Assembly (NCBI GenBank): GCA_038821645.1
Contig: JAWBDT010000003.1
Location: forward strand, 68,402 to 132,401
Direction of reading: 5' to 3'
DNA from: Ignisphaera sp.
Lineage (GTDB): Archaea; Thermoproteota; Thermoprotei_A; Sulfolobales; Ignisphaeraceae
DNA: 64,000 nt
Positions 33,516-44,093 of the stretch are shown here, in pieces. The number at the start of each line of letters is the position of its first letter. Position 1 is the stretch's first letter. The position numbers were made by a program, and so were the translations under genes. Under the pieces are notes generated by a model, which saw only the letters and a list, made by a program, of their open reading frames with translations, was not told where the DNA came from and did not search any database.

Positions 33516-34502
33516 GTGATGGTGGTTTTAGAGACTAGAGGATTAAAAGCTTACTACATCCTACGCAAGGGTACAGTAAAAGCTGTTGATAATGTAGATC
33601 TTATAGTAAATGAGAAAAGTATTGTAGGTATTGTTGGTGAATCTGGATGTGGTAAATCAACATTAGCAAAAACTTTAGCACTCGATATAGTTCCACCACT
33701 TAAACTTATTGACGGTAGGATAGTTATAGACGGTATTGATGTTACAGAAATGCCTCTTAATCAAGCTAGAAAAAAGATAGCTGGAGTTAAAGTTTCTATA
33801 ATACCGCAATCAGCTATGAATGCTCTAGTGCCTACAGTCAAGATAAAGAACTTTATAGTTGATGTATTGTCGGAGAAAATCAGTATTGATTCAGAGAAGA
33901 TAATAGAACTAGCAGAAAAAAGACTAAAGGAGCTAAACTTACCAGTAGAAAGTTTGAATATGTATCCCTTCGAACTTTCGGGTGGTATGAGACAAAGAAT
34001 ACTAATAGCATTAGCAACACTACTTAATCCATCGCTACTGATAGCTGATGAACCAACATCAGCATTGGACGTATCAACACAAAAAATAGTGCTCTCCACA
34101 ATGCACAGCATTTTCATAAAAGGATTGGTGAAGAGTATTCTATTCATATCACATGACATAGCTACTGTAAGGCAGATTGCTGATAGGATCGTAGTTATGT
34201 ATGCAGGTAAAATAGTTGAAGATGGTCCAACAGAAGAAATCATACATAACCCATTACATCCATACTCTAAAGCACTTATGTTCTCGATACTCACACCAGA
34301 AATACAGATAGTAGAAAGAGTAAAAAAAGCACTCACACTAGCATTAGCTGGTGAACCTCCGAGCCTAATAAATCCTCCACCTGGTTGTAGATTTCATCCA
34401 AGATGTCCCTTCGCTATGGATATATGTAGAAGAGAAGAACCAAAACTTGAAAAACTAGAACAGAATAGATATGCTGCATGTTGGTTATATCTAAAGAGAT
34501 GA
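33516..34502 (+). CDS. ABC transporter ATPase (DppD type)
   Basis: GESGCGKST, LSGGM, ADEPT, HPY, GCRFHPRC. Confidence 0.93.
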   Translation: MMVVLETRGLKAYYILRKGTVKAVDNVDLIVNEKSIVGIVGESGCGKSTLAKTLALDIVPPLKLIDGRIVIDGIDVTEMPLNQARKKIAGVKVSIIPQSAMNALVPTVKIKNFIVDVLSEKISIDSEKIIELAEKRLKELNLPVESLNMYPFELSGGMRQRILIALATLLNPSLLIADEPTSALDVSTQKIVLSTMHSIFIKGLVKSILFISHDIATVRQIADRIVVMYAGKIVEDGPTEEIIHNPLHPYSKALMFSILTPEIQIVERVKKALTLALAGEPPSLINPPPGCRFHPRCPFAMDICRREEPKLEKLEQNRYAACWLYLKR

Positions 34503-34512
34503 GGTAATACAT

Positions 34513-35319
34513 ATGGCTCTACTTAACATTAAAAACCTAACGAAAATCTATAGATCTGGCTTAATTACACACAAATTAATCCTAGCTGTAGACAATGTGA
34601 ATTTTGATATAAAGGAGGGCGAAATAGTATCTCTCGTAGGTGAAAGCGGGTCAGGTAAAACAACAACAGCAAGAATTATTCTAAGGTTATTAAAACCTAC
34701 ATCAGGTTCCATAGTCTTTATGGGTAAAGATATATGGCGTGATCTTAAATCAAAAAATGATCTTAAGTGGTATTGGAGAAATGTTAATGGAGTTTTTCAG
34801 GATCCTTTCTCCTCATTTAATCCAACACATAGAATCAGAGACGATCTATTAAGAGTTTTCAACCTATTTGAGCATAACTATGATAATGAAACAAAAATGA
34901 ACTTAGTTAGAGAAGCTCTACAATCAGTTGGACTTATACCAGAAGAAGTTCTCGAACGAAGACCTTTCGAGCTCTCTGGAGGTATGAGGCAAAGGATACT
35001 GATAGCCAGAATATTTCTAATAAAGCCAAAGCTGGTAATAGCTGATGAACCTACAAGTATGATAGATGCTACACTAAGACTCAATATACTAAATCTATTC
35101 ACGAGACTTAGAGAAGAATTGAAAACATCGATAATGTTTATAACACACGATCTAGGACTAGCCACATATGTAAGTGATAGAATATTGGTTATGTATAAAG
35201 GTAGAATAGTTGAAGAAGGAACTCCAGAGGAAATCCTTAACAATCCAAAACATGAGTATACACAAAACCTACTAAACTCAGTACCAAAACTCTATACCTC
35301 ATGGTTCAAACAGTTATGA
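34513..35319 (+). CDS. ABC transporter ATPase (DppF type)
   Basis: GESGSGKTT, LSGGM, ADEPTSMID, ITHDL. Confidence 0.93.
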   Translation: MALLNIKNLTKIYRSGLITHKLILAVDNVNFDIKEGEIVSLVGESGSGKTTTARIILRLLKPTSGSIVFMGKDIWRDLKSKNDLKWYWRNVNGVFQDPFSSFNPTHRIRDDLLRVFNLFEHNYDNETKMNLVREALQSVGLIPEEVLERRPFELSGGMRQRILIARIFLIKPKLVIADEPTSMIDATLRLNILNLFTRLREELKTSIMFITHDLGLATYVSDRILVMYKGRIVEEGTPEEILNNPKHEYTQNLLNSVPKLYTSWFKQL

Positions 35320-35403
35320 ACCACTTCTACACCCTACATACTTTCATCAATATTTTTAAAGAAAACTCATAATAATATAGTTACTCTGGGGTGAAGTGTA
35401 AAT

Positions 35404-37467
35404 ATGAAAAACAAAATGTTTATGGTATCATTAATCCTATTGCTAGCACTAGCACTAATATTGCCTACTCTCTCACCCATCCTCTATGCACAAGAATTTC
35501 CACGAGATCAAACAGCAATAATATCACAACAATGGGGAACCCCTGGAGGTTTCAATCCATTAGTTTCTGGAAGATACGCTTGGGGTACAGATATACTGAT
35601 GTATCCTAGACCCTTTGTCTATGGACCCTACTCTGACGACTTTGTACCTTATCTAGCTACAAGCTTTAGATGGGTAGATCAATACACATTAGAAATTACT
35701 TTAAAGACAGATGCTTACTGGTCTGATGGAACACCCATTACTGCTGCTGATGTTGTATGGTCATTTGAAGTAAACAAGTTATGTTCAACAGCTGGAAGCT
35801 ATATATGGAACTATATATTAGCTGTAGAAGCAGTTAACCCACAGACAGTCAGATTCCATATAAATAGAACCAATGTTAACTACTATAGAATAGTAGATGT
35901 ACTTACATGGCTTATTCTACCTAAGCATAGATGGGAAAGATTATACAATGAAATGGGCTGCAAAATAGCTACAGAGTTTATGGATACAGAATTCGATAAA
36001 ATTGTTGTAGGAGGTCCATATAGACCTGTTTACTGGGTTGGAGATACATGGGTCTATGAAAGAATTGATAATTGGTGGGGTAGGGAATACTTTGGGTTAC
36101 CTGCACCTAAATATGTAATGCACATATCACCTAAGAGCGATGAACAGGTAAGACTCGAATGGATACAAGGAAACAGAGACCATATGTCCCACTTTGTTGA
36201 TAGATTATGGGAGATAATTGCGACAGATCCAACAAAAGGAACATTCGATAACAAGAACTGTCCACCTTGTATGTTCGGAGGTAGCGTTGTATTCTTTGCA
36301 TTCAATCTAGAGAAATACCCATTTAATGATGTAAGAGTTAGAAAAGCTCTATACTACGTTATGCTTGCAAACAACATGGAAGCACTTAAAAAAGCTTCTG
36401 AAGCTGCTTTCTCAGGTTACCTTATTCCCGCAAGAATATATCCTGTTCCTATAATACCTCTTCTCGAAAGAACAGAAAAGTATCTAGCTAAAGATCTCAT
36501 AGAGAGCTTTTTGAAAGAAGCTACAATAGAGAATGCTAAAAAGTTGCTTGATGAAGCTGGTATAATTGATAGAAATGGTGATGGGATTAGGGAGCTACCT
36601 GATGGAACATCATTCAGATTCTCAATACTAGTTCCAGCAGGTTGGGTGCCAGTAATAGGTTCAGCAACAGTATTTGCAGAAATATGGAGAAAAGAACTAG
36701 GAGTAGATGTTATAGTTGATCAGAAAGATTTCAGCGTAGTATGGGATAAAGTTAGTAAAGGAGATTATGAAGCTACATGGTGGTTGCATAGCACGAGAAT
36801 GGGTCCAGCTTCACCATGGATAAACTTTGATGTAGCTATGGACTCAAGGTTACCAACAAATCCATGGGGAGGACCCATATCTAGGTACAAGAACCCTGTA
36901 GCTGATTGGTTGCTAGACGAAATTGGTAGAACATGGGATGAAAGCAGAAGGGCATATCTCTATAGACTGTTGCAAGAGATATGGCTTAGAGATTTACCAT
37001 TCCTTATATTTGGTCAAGATCCTCACTGGTACCAGTATTCTGAACAATACTGGGTTGGATGGCCAAACATAGACAGAATAAACAAGTATGGAGCATTCTA
37101 TGCCACAAACTGGGATCCAGGATTCCTATTCGTTCTCTTCCAGATCAAATCATCTAAAGAGATTTCACCAGGAGCTGATGTGGATACTGTTCCAGAGTTC
37201 CTAAAGCCACATAATAGAATACCAGCTTCCGTATTCTTTGATGAACTTCAGAAGGTTGCAGGAGTTGTAGCTCCAGTAACAGTTACCGTTACACAAGCTG
37301 CAGCAACTGTAACAACAACATTGATATCTACAAAGACAGAAGTGAGAACCTCTGTTGTAACAACTACAACAGAAGTAACCGTTACTGATTGGACAATGAC
37401 TATAGCAATAGGTGTAGTGTTACTTATCGTTGGTTTAGCTATAGGTTGGTTCATTAAGAAGAAGTAA
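35404..37467 (+). CDS. Family 5 extracellular solute-binding protein, probably for oligosaccharides
   Basis: Signal peptide, WSDGTPITAADV, VPAGW, Trp-rich core, Thr-rich linker, C-terminal TM and KKK. Confidence 0.9.
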   Translation: MKNKMFMVSLILLLALALILPTLSPILYAQEFPRDQTAIISQQWGTPGGFNPLVSGRYAWGTDILMYPRPFVYGPYSDDFVPYLATSFRWVDQYTLEITLKTDAYWSDGTPITAADVVWSFEVNKLCSTAGSYIWNYILAVEAVNPQTVRFHINRTNVNYYRIVDVLTWLILPKHRWERLYNEMGCKIATEFMDTEFDKIVVGGPYRPVYWVGDTWVYERIDNWWGREYFGLPAPKYVMHISPKSDEQVRLEWIQGNRDHMSHFVDRLWEIIATDPTKGTFDNKNCPPCMFGGSVVFFAFNLEKYPFNDVRVRKALYYVMLANNMEALKKASEAAFSGYLIPARIYPVPIIPLLERTEKYLAKDLIESFLKEATIENAKKLLDEAGIIDRNGDGIRELPDGTSFRFSILVPAGWVPVIGSATVFAEIWRKELGVDVIVDQKDFSVVWDKVSKGDYEATWWLHSTRMGPASPWINFDVAMDSRLPTNPWGGPISRYKNPVADWLLDEIGRTWDESRRAYLYRLLQEIWLRDLPFLIFGQDPHWYQYSEQYWVGWPNIDRINKYGAFYATNWDPGFLFVLFQIKSSKEISPGADVDTVPEFLKPHNRIPASVFFDELQKVAGVVAPVTVTVTQAAATVTTTLISTKTEVRTSVVTTTTEVTVTDWTMTIAIGVVLLIVGLAIGWFIKKK

Positions 37468-37494
37468 GAATCTGTATTACGTTACATCAATTCA

Positions 37495-37500
37495 TTTTTT
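37495..37500 (+). terminator. Oligo-T terminator after the binding-protein gene
   Basis: T6 run about 28 nt after the stop. Confidence 0.45.
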
Positions 37501-37596
37501 AATTCCTAATTGTGTTAATTACACAGATTTCTATGATTTCATTAAGAGTACATTTTTATAGTAGTTCACAACATTTAACTGGATGGGTTAAGAAAT

Positions 37597-38586
37597 ATGG
37601 GGATAAAGTTTTCCACAGGAATATGGGTTTTTGGGGCAGGTGTAGAACGTTTTGCACCCACGGGATATAAGGTAGCTAAAGATATCGTAGATCTAGTACA
37701 TGAAGCAGCTAGAGTCGATGATCTTAAAGGACTAGAGTTTCACTATCCTACAGAAGTTAATGAAGGTAATGTTAAAGATGTTAGAGATGCTCTATCAGGT
37801 CACGGTATTGAGGCTGTTGGTATAGCTCCAGTACTTTCTCAAGAAGCTCAATGGGCTCGAGGAGCTCTTTCGGCACTTGATGAAAATACTAGGAGAAAGG
37901 CTATAGATAGGTGCAAGAAGGCTATAGATATTGCTAGAGAACTTGGAGCAAAAATACTTATCATATGGCCTGGTAGAGAAGGTTTTGACTTTCCCCTCAC
38001 AACAGATTATAGAAAGTTATGGAACAACTACGTTTCAGCGATAAGGGAAATAGCAGAATATGGTTCAGATCTAAAGGTGGCACTAGAATATAAGATAGAG
38101 GATCCAGCGAGCTACCTTCTTCATGGTTCAGCCGCTAGAGCTCTAACAACAATACTTGAGCTGAAGGCTGAAGGAATAAATAATGTGGGTATAAATGTTG
38201 AATTTGCACATGCAAAACTAGCAAAAGAATATGTACCCGAGACTATAGTCCTTATATCCAGATATAGAGCTCTGTATCATCTACATCTAAACGACATATT
38301 CACAGAAGTAGATCTGGATCTCTTTCCTGCGAGTGTACATCTACTAGAATTCATTGAATTACTCTACTGGCTACACGAGATAGGATACGATGGTTGGTAT
38401 GGACTAGATTTATTTCCAAGATATCTAGATGCAGCTGAAATGGTTAAACAGAGTATATACAACATTAAAGCACTTTATAATGCTTTAGAGAAAGTTGGTT
38501 GGAACAAGATAAGAAAAACTATAGAAATGAATAATCCTATAGAATCTCAGAAGCTTTTAAGAGAAATTCTTGGTGCATATATCTAA
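37597..38586 (+). CDS. Xylose-isomerase-superfamily sugar isomerase, D-apiose isomerase (ApsI)-like
   Basis: G.W.F....RF...GY, W.RGAL, WPGREGFDFP, ALEYK, HLND, DLDL, LDLFP resemble the apiose/xylose isomerase subfamily as recalled. Confidence 0.75.
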   Translation: MGIKFSTGIWVFGAGVERFAPTGYKVAKDIVDLVHEAARVDDLKGLEFHYPTEVNEGNVKDVRDALSGHGIEAVGIAPVLSQEAQWARGALSALDENTRRKAIDRCKKAIDIARELGAKILIIWPGREGFDFPLTTDYRKLWNNYVSAIREIAEYGSDLKVALEYKIEDPASYLLHGSAARALTTILELKAEGINNVGINVEFAHAKLAKEYVPETIVLISRYRALYHLHLNDIFTEVDLDLFPASVHLLEFIELLYWLHEIGYDGWYGLDLFPRYLDAAEMVKQSIYNIKALYNALEKVGWNKIRKTIEMNNPIESQKLLREILGAYI

Positions 38587-38698
38587 AACATCTGGACTAT
38601 ACATTACCTTTCATAATATTTTTATAATATTCTACCGACATAAATGAAAATATTTTTATACCTACCTATATCATTTTACTTTGCTTTGGTGAAACACT

Positions 38699-40939
38699 AT
38701 TTATCACAAGATCAAAGAAATCATCAAAAAAATGAGTATAGAGGAAAAAATTGCTCAGCTGACCTCGATATTTGTTGATGATCTTATCGAGAATGGTGAT
38801 TTCTCTGAAGCTAAAGCTGAGCAACTTATAAAACATGGGATTGGGCAGATAAGTAGAGTAGCAGGATCAAAATTAGGGTTCAGACCTAGAGAAGTTGCTA
38901 AAATAGTTAATAAGATCCAGAAATTCTTGATTGAAAAAACCAGATTAGGGATACCAGCTATAGTGCATGAGGAATGTCTCTCAGGATTAATGGGACCTTC
39001 TGTTGTTATGTTCCCCATACCTTTAGCACTAGCAAGTACATGGGATCCTGACCTCGTTAAAAATGTTGCAGAAAAGATAAGAGAGCAAGCATTATTGGTT
39101 GGTGTTAAACATTGTTTATCGCCTGTACTAGATCTATGTAGAGATCCTAGATGGGGTAGATGTGAAGAAACCTTTGGCGAAGATCATAATCTGGTAGCGG
39201 CTATGGGTATAGCATATGTTAGAGGTTTGCAAGGCAATGGAGATAGAGTTTACGTAGTTGCTACAGCAAAACATTTTGCTGCACATGGCGTTCCTGAAGG
39301 AGGTAGAAATATAGCGTCTGTAAATATAGGTGTTCGAGAGTTTAGAAATATTCATCTATATCCTTTTGAAGCAGTTGTGAAGCTAGCTAAACTAAAATCT
39401 ATAATGCCTGCTTACCACGAAATCGATGGAATACCTTGTCACGCAAATGACGAACTACTGACCAAAGTACTTCGATATGAGTGGAGATTCGATGGAATTG
39501 TTGTATCTGACTATTGGGGTGTAAGAATGCTTAATACTGTTCATAGAGTTGCAAAAAGTTGCAAAGAAGCGGCAATACTAGCTTTATCAGCTGGTGTAGA
39601 TATAGAGCTTCCACATAATGACTGTTTTAAGGAGCTTGTAGAAGCTGTAAAGAAGAGAGAGATACCCGAGGAACTTCTAGATAGAGGTGTTGAAAGAGTT
39701 CTCTATGTCAAGTATCTATTGGGGCTTTTTGATAATCCATATGTAGATGAAGCAAGAGTTCCAGAAACCATAGACGGTCCTAGCTATAGAGAGCTCGCAC
39801 GTGAAGTTGCAAGAAAATCTATAGTATTGTTAAAGAACGATGGAGTATTACCTTTACCGAAATCTAACATAAAGATTGCTGTGATAGGACCTCTCGCAGA
39901 CAATCCTTTCGCTATGCTAGGTGATTACCATTACGCATCACACATAGGTTTAGTTCAACCTGATATACATATAGTATCGGTTCTCGAAGGAATAAGAAAC
40001 AAGGTAGATCCGTCATCAGTTGTATATGCTAAAGGTTGTGAGATACAAACTTCAGACCTTAATATGCTTAATGAAGCTATTGCTATAGCTAGTAAAGCTG
40101 ATGTAGTTGTTGTTGTAGTTGGCGATATTTCCTGTATATTTGATAAGAATAGATGTACCTCAGGTGAAGGTATAGATAGAACAGATCTATCTCTAACAAA
40201 ACCACAAGAAGAGCTAGTTAAGAGTATTAGCAATTTAGGCAAACCCGTAGTTCTTGTCGTTATAGCTGGAAGACCTATGTCTCTAGAGAATGTACAGAAA
40301 GATGTAAAGGCTATTCTATGGTGTTGGAAACTAGGTGCTGAAGGTGGTAATGCTATAGCTGATATTCTTTTTGGTGACTATTCACCAAGCGGAAGACTAC
40401 CTGTATCCCTACCCAGATCAAGTGGTCAGCTACCAGTATACTATTCAAGAAGACCTTCATCATTTGGTGAGTATATAGAGATGCCGTCTAAACCTTTATA
40501 CCCATTTGGTTACGGACTAAGCTACACAGAATTTAGATACACTAACATTAATGTAGAACCTCTAGAAGTACCAATAGCTGGAGAAATTAAGATATCAGTT
40601 GAGGTCGAGAATATAGGTAGATACGAAGCTGATGAAGTTATACAGATATATATTGCCAGAACTTATAATAGTGTAGCATTGCCAGTTAAAGAGTTGAAAG
40701 CATTTAAGAGAGTGACGCTCAAGCCTGGGGAAAGAAGGAAAGTAATGTTCAAAATACCCACACAACTTCTAGCGTTTTACAATAGAGATACAAAACTTGT
40801 TATAGAACCTGGCGAATACAAGGTACTTGTTGGACGTAATAGCGAAGAAAGTATCTTTGAAACAACGATCAAAATTGTTGGAGAAACTATAGAACTCAAA
40901 GAGAGAAATATATTTACTGCTGAAGCATATATAGAATAA
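38699..40939 (+). CDS. GH3 beta-xylosidase/beta-glucosidase
   Basis: EEKIAQL, HEECLSG, RDPRWGR.EETFGED, KHFA, VSDY (nucleophile), SGEGIDR, YPFGYGLSYT, Fn3-like C-domain; start is ATT 38699 or ATG 38732. Confidence 0.92.
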   Translation: MYHKIKEIIKKMSIEEKIAQLTSIFVDDLIENGDFSEAKAEQLIKHGIGQISRVAGSKLGFRPREVAKIVNKIQKFLIEKTRLGIPAIVHEECLSGLMGPSVVMFPIPLALASTWDPDLVKNVAEKIREQALLVGVKHCLSPVLDLCRDPRWGRCEETFGEDHNLVAAMGIAYVRGLQGNGDRVYVVATAKHFAAHGVPEGGRNIASVNIGVREFRNIHLYPFEAVVKLAKLKSIMPAYHEIDGIPCHANDELLTKVLRYEWRFDGIVVSDYWGVRMLNTVHRVAKSCKEAAILALSAGVDIELPHNDCFKELVEAVKKREIPEELLDRGVERVLYVKYLLGLFDNPYVDEARVPETIDGPSYRELAREVARKSIVLLKNDGVLPLPKSNIKIAVIGPLADNPFAMLGDYHYASHIGLVQPDIHIVSVLEGIRNKVDPSSVVYAKGCEIQTSDLNMLNEAIAIASKADVVVVVVGDISCIFDKNRCTSGEGIDRTDLSLTKPQEELVKSISNLGKPVVLVVIAGRPMSLENVQKDVKAILWCWKLGAEGGNAIADILFGDYSPSGRLPVSLPRSSGQLPVYYSRRPSSFGEYIEMPSKPLYPFGYGLSYTEFRYTNINVEPLEVPIAGEIKISVEVENIGRYEADEVIQIYIARTYNSVALPVKELKAFKRVTLKPGERRKVMFKIPTQLLAFYNRDTKLVIEPGEYKVLVGRNSEESIFETTIKIVGETIELKERNIFTAEAYIE

Positions 40940-41094
40940 AACGATTACTAAACACTAATTATTTTTGACCAATTCATTCTATGTCCACATGTTTCTCTAT
41001 ATCTATCAGTAACCATATTTAGAATATATGGAAGTAGATAATGCATGTAGGCTTATTAAATTATACAACGTACACCTCTATTTGGGTCTCCTCC

Positions 41095-42564
41095 TTGGGT
41101 AGACCAAATCTTCATTTAAGAAGATATATACAATATGATGAAGTAGGTATGGGTCAAAACCAGTTTAGATGTTTTTACATGGCTTTCCATCCAGTCAATG
41201 GCGCATTCGTTATACATGAGGGACATTCAGGAAAAATATATATGGATGGAAAACTTATATATGATTTTGCATTAATTGGTAGACCACCTAGAGCTGGAGG
41301 AGATACTCATGGCGCTATAACATGGTCTCGAGAATATGTATTCATAGGTGGCTGGATGAAGGCTCCTCCAGGACTGCTTGTATCTACGGATAGAACTCTT
41401 GCTAAACAAGATATGAGAGAGAAGTATAGCCATATACATATAGTTGATGAAAATGGTAAAGTAGAGCTTCTATGGTCTAGGAAATGGGATGATAAACTTC
41501 CTCCAAATCATTGGTATGGAGAGGTAACAGATCTCTTGTATGATGGACATGACAATGTACTGTACTTTAGTAGAGCTGATGGGCATGCAGAACTAGGTTT
41601 ATGGAGGATATCTCTAAATGATAAAAAAGTTGAATGGATAATTAGGAACAGGACAGTATATAAGATGGAGATGAAAGACGATAAAATATTTGCTACACTA
41701 TTCAATCCAGCTCATATGGAGAAATCTGCTGTAGCTATATACGATACCCTTAGTGGAGAAAGTAGACTTATTGAAGACTTCAATTTTGCTTTAGACCCAG
41801 ATAAGAAAATTTCTATAAAAAGAGATGGTGGTCAAATAGTACAAATACAGAATCGATTGATATCATTCTACGGAGGTGCACTAATAGTTAGTGATCCCTA
41901 TAGAGATAGACATATTCTCTACCCATTTCTAGAAGTTGTTAGTCCTGAATCAGAAAGACCTCCATATATACCTGGACTTAGAACACAGAAGGTTTATCCC
42001 ATTGGAATACCTATTATAGCTGTTAATCCATCTGAAGGACTTACAGAACCTACACTTAGAACTACTTTTGGTCTCTTAGTGAGAGTAGATCCTGTTGTAC
42101 CACAGATAGTGTCTCTATCAGGCTTCATTTCAGGTATGATATCAGATGGAGAATATGTATATCTAGGGGCATCATATGCGAATCACTGTCCAGCATATAC
42201 TTATAGAACAGGTGATGGAGGCATATATGCTATACCTATAAAAGAGCTGTTCACAAAACCTTGGAATTCTCTTAGATTATGGGTATTCGATGGATCTTAT
42301 AAACTTGATGAAACAGGTATAGAAGGATGGTTCGGTGGTATACCTCTTAAAGGATTTACTGTAAGGAAAATGAGAATATATGTATCAGATAAGGTGAAGA
42401 TGAGTATTGCAGAATACAATTTGCTTACAAAAGTTTATGAAGATTCTGTAAACCTAGAGCAGGGATGGAATATAGTAGATTTATCACCATACTATGATAT
42501 AGTAGCATTCAGATTCAGCAACAATTTAGAGAAAGTGTTAGCTGAAGTAATAGCAGAACCCTAA
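41095..42564 (+). CDS. DUF2139-like conserved archaeal protein
   Basis: GGDTH, FIGGW.KAP, W.GEV.DLLYD, RADGH; TTG 41095 fits the TATA-like TTATTAAA at about 41053. Confidence 0.65.
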   Translation: MGRPNLHLRRYIQYDEVGMGQNQFRCFYMAFHPVNGAFVIHEGHSGKIYMDGKLIYDFALIGRPPRAGGDTHGAITWSREYVFIGGWMKAPPGLLVSTDRTLAKQDMREKYSHIHIVDENGKVELLWSRKWDDKLPPNHWYGEVTDLLYDGHDNVLYFSRADGHAELGLWRISLNDKKVEWIIRNRTVYKMEMKDDKIFATLFNPAHMEKSAVAIYDTLSGESRLIEDFNFALDPDKKISIKRDGGQIVQIQNRLISFYGGALIVSDPYRDRHILYPFLEVVSPESERPPYIPGLRTQKVYPIGIPIIAVNPSEGLTEPTLRTTFGLLVRVDPVVPQIVSLSGFISGMISDGEYVYLGASYANHCPAYTYRTGDGGIYAIPIKELFTKPWNSLRLWVFDGSYKLDETGIEGWFGGIPLKGFTVRKMRIYVSDKVKMSIAEYNLLTKVYEDSVNLEQGWNIVDLSPYYDIVAFRFSNNLEKVLAEVIAEP

Positions 42565-42638
42565 CCTATCTACACAACTTTTAAATAAGATTTAAATTCT
42601 AAAACTATGTTTTCTATTTTTCGTCCTCTGGTGACTCT

Positions 42639-44093
42639 ATGAAGCAACTCTTTATAGGAATAGATTTAGGTAGTAGCGGTATTAGGGTAGAGGTATACGA
42701 TATCGAGGGAAACCTGGTAGCTATAGGTAAGGAGTCTATCTATAATCAAACTTGTGAAGAATGGTTGCGAGCATTAGAAGCTTCTGTACCAAACATTGTT
42801 AAAGAATGCACAGATTGTGAAAAACATGTATCTGTTACAAGTACCTCTGGAACATTAATAGGTGTCAATAGATATGGTGAAGTGGTTTATGGTCCCATAA
42901 TGTACTATGAAAGACTTGATGAATGGTACGAAAAGATAAAAAACTATAGCTCTATCAAGAAGTTGAACGAGAAAGGTGTTAAAATAGATCAAACATCACC
43001 TCCTATAAAGATCCTGAAGTTAAAGATTGATCACCATGATATCTACAGTAACGTCCGCTGGTTTATTTCACCAACAACATATCTTCTATACAAGCTGTAC
43101 TATAATGAAAGTGAGATATGGGAAGATATAGAAATGGACTATACAAATGCCTTGAAGTTTGGTATAGATATCACATCTTCTCCACCAACATGGTTCTATT
43201 CACTATATGATGAACTAGGTATAGATGTAGATAAACTACCTAAACTAGCTCCAGTAGGTAAGGCTATAGGTATTGCAAAAAGCAGATTTGCTGAAAAAAT
43301 TGGTCTCAAAAATGCTAGACTTTATCAAGGGTTAACAGATGGTAATGCTGCAGCTATAGCCGGTGGTGCTATAGATATAGGGGACATAAACATGTACATA
43401 GGTACAACAACTGTACCGAAGATAGTTGTTGACAAAATTGTGACTCATCCAGCACTTTATTACCATATACATCCGATAAAGGGATATTTAGCAGGCTCTG
43501 CAACAGGATTTACTGGAGCATTTCTCTCATGGTTTTCAGAAAAAGTCCTCGGAATACCTCTAGATAAAGCTTCTGAGTATGTCGAGAAAGTTAAAGCTGG
43601 TAGTGAGTATATGTTCTTTCCCTATGGAGATAGAGGTCCTACATACAATCCGTTATTAGAACCAGCTATAACAGGTATAAAGATTTCAGATGAACCTAGA
43701 GAAATACTTTTAGGAAGATTCATTAGAAGCATTATGCTTGGAATAACGTTGCTTGAAAACTATTTTATTGAATTATTTAGAGAACTCTTCACTATAGATA
43801 CAAGCTGTATCAATTTAACTGGTGGTGGAACTAAATCCAAGATATGGAACAAGATTAGAGCCTCAGTATATGGAAAGAAAATCATAGTTCATGGAGACCT
43901 CATTGGTACAGGGATAATAATACCTTTGCTAATTAAAAACAGATTCTATAGCTCTATAGACGAAGTTAAAAAAGTGTTCTTGAAGCCTGTTGATGTTGTG
44001 GAACCTGATAAAACTTTAGTTGAGGTGTATAGACCATATAAAGATGCATTCATAAGGAGATGGCTAAAACTACAAGATCTATACAGAGCCTGA
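42639..44093 (+). CDS. FGGY-family sugar kinase (xylulokinase-like)
   Basis: IGIDLGSSG, STSGT, TDGNAA, GTT, GDRGP, GGG.KS.IW..IRA. Confidence 0.85.
   Translation: MKQLFIGIDLGSSGIRVEVYDIEGNLVAIGKESIYNQTCEEWLRALEASVPNIVKECTDCEKHVSVTSTSGTLIGVNRYGEVVYGPIMYYERLDEWYEKIKNYSSIKKLNEKGVKIDQTSPPIKILKLKIDHHDIYSNVRWFISPTTYLLYKLYYNESEIWEDIEMDYTNALKFGIDITSSPPTWFYSLYDELGIDVDKLPKLAPVGKAIGIAKSRFAEKIGLKNARLYQGLTDGNAAAIAGGAIDIGDINMYIGTTTVPKIVVDKIVTHPALYYHIHPIKGYLAGSATGFTGAFLSWFSEKVLGIPLDKASEYVEKVKAGSEYMFFPYGDRGPTYNPLLEPAITGIKISDEPREILLGRFIRSIMLGITLLENYFIELFRELFTIDTSCINLTGGGTKSKIWNKIRASVYGKKIIVHGDLIGTGIIIPLLIKNRFYSSIDEVKKVFLKPVDVVEPDKTLVEVYRPYKDAFIRRWLKLQDLYRA

Noticed and set aside
33761-34336. Long antisense ORFs, including this one and 12926-13279, 25233-25592, 32871-33245, 49207-49509
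   Set aside because: Shadow frames of well-supported genes, with no SD or recognisable motif.
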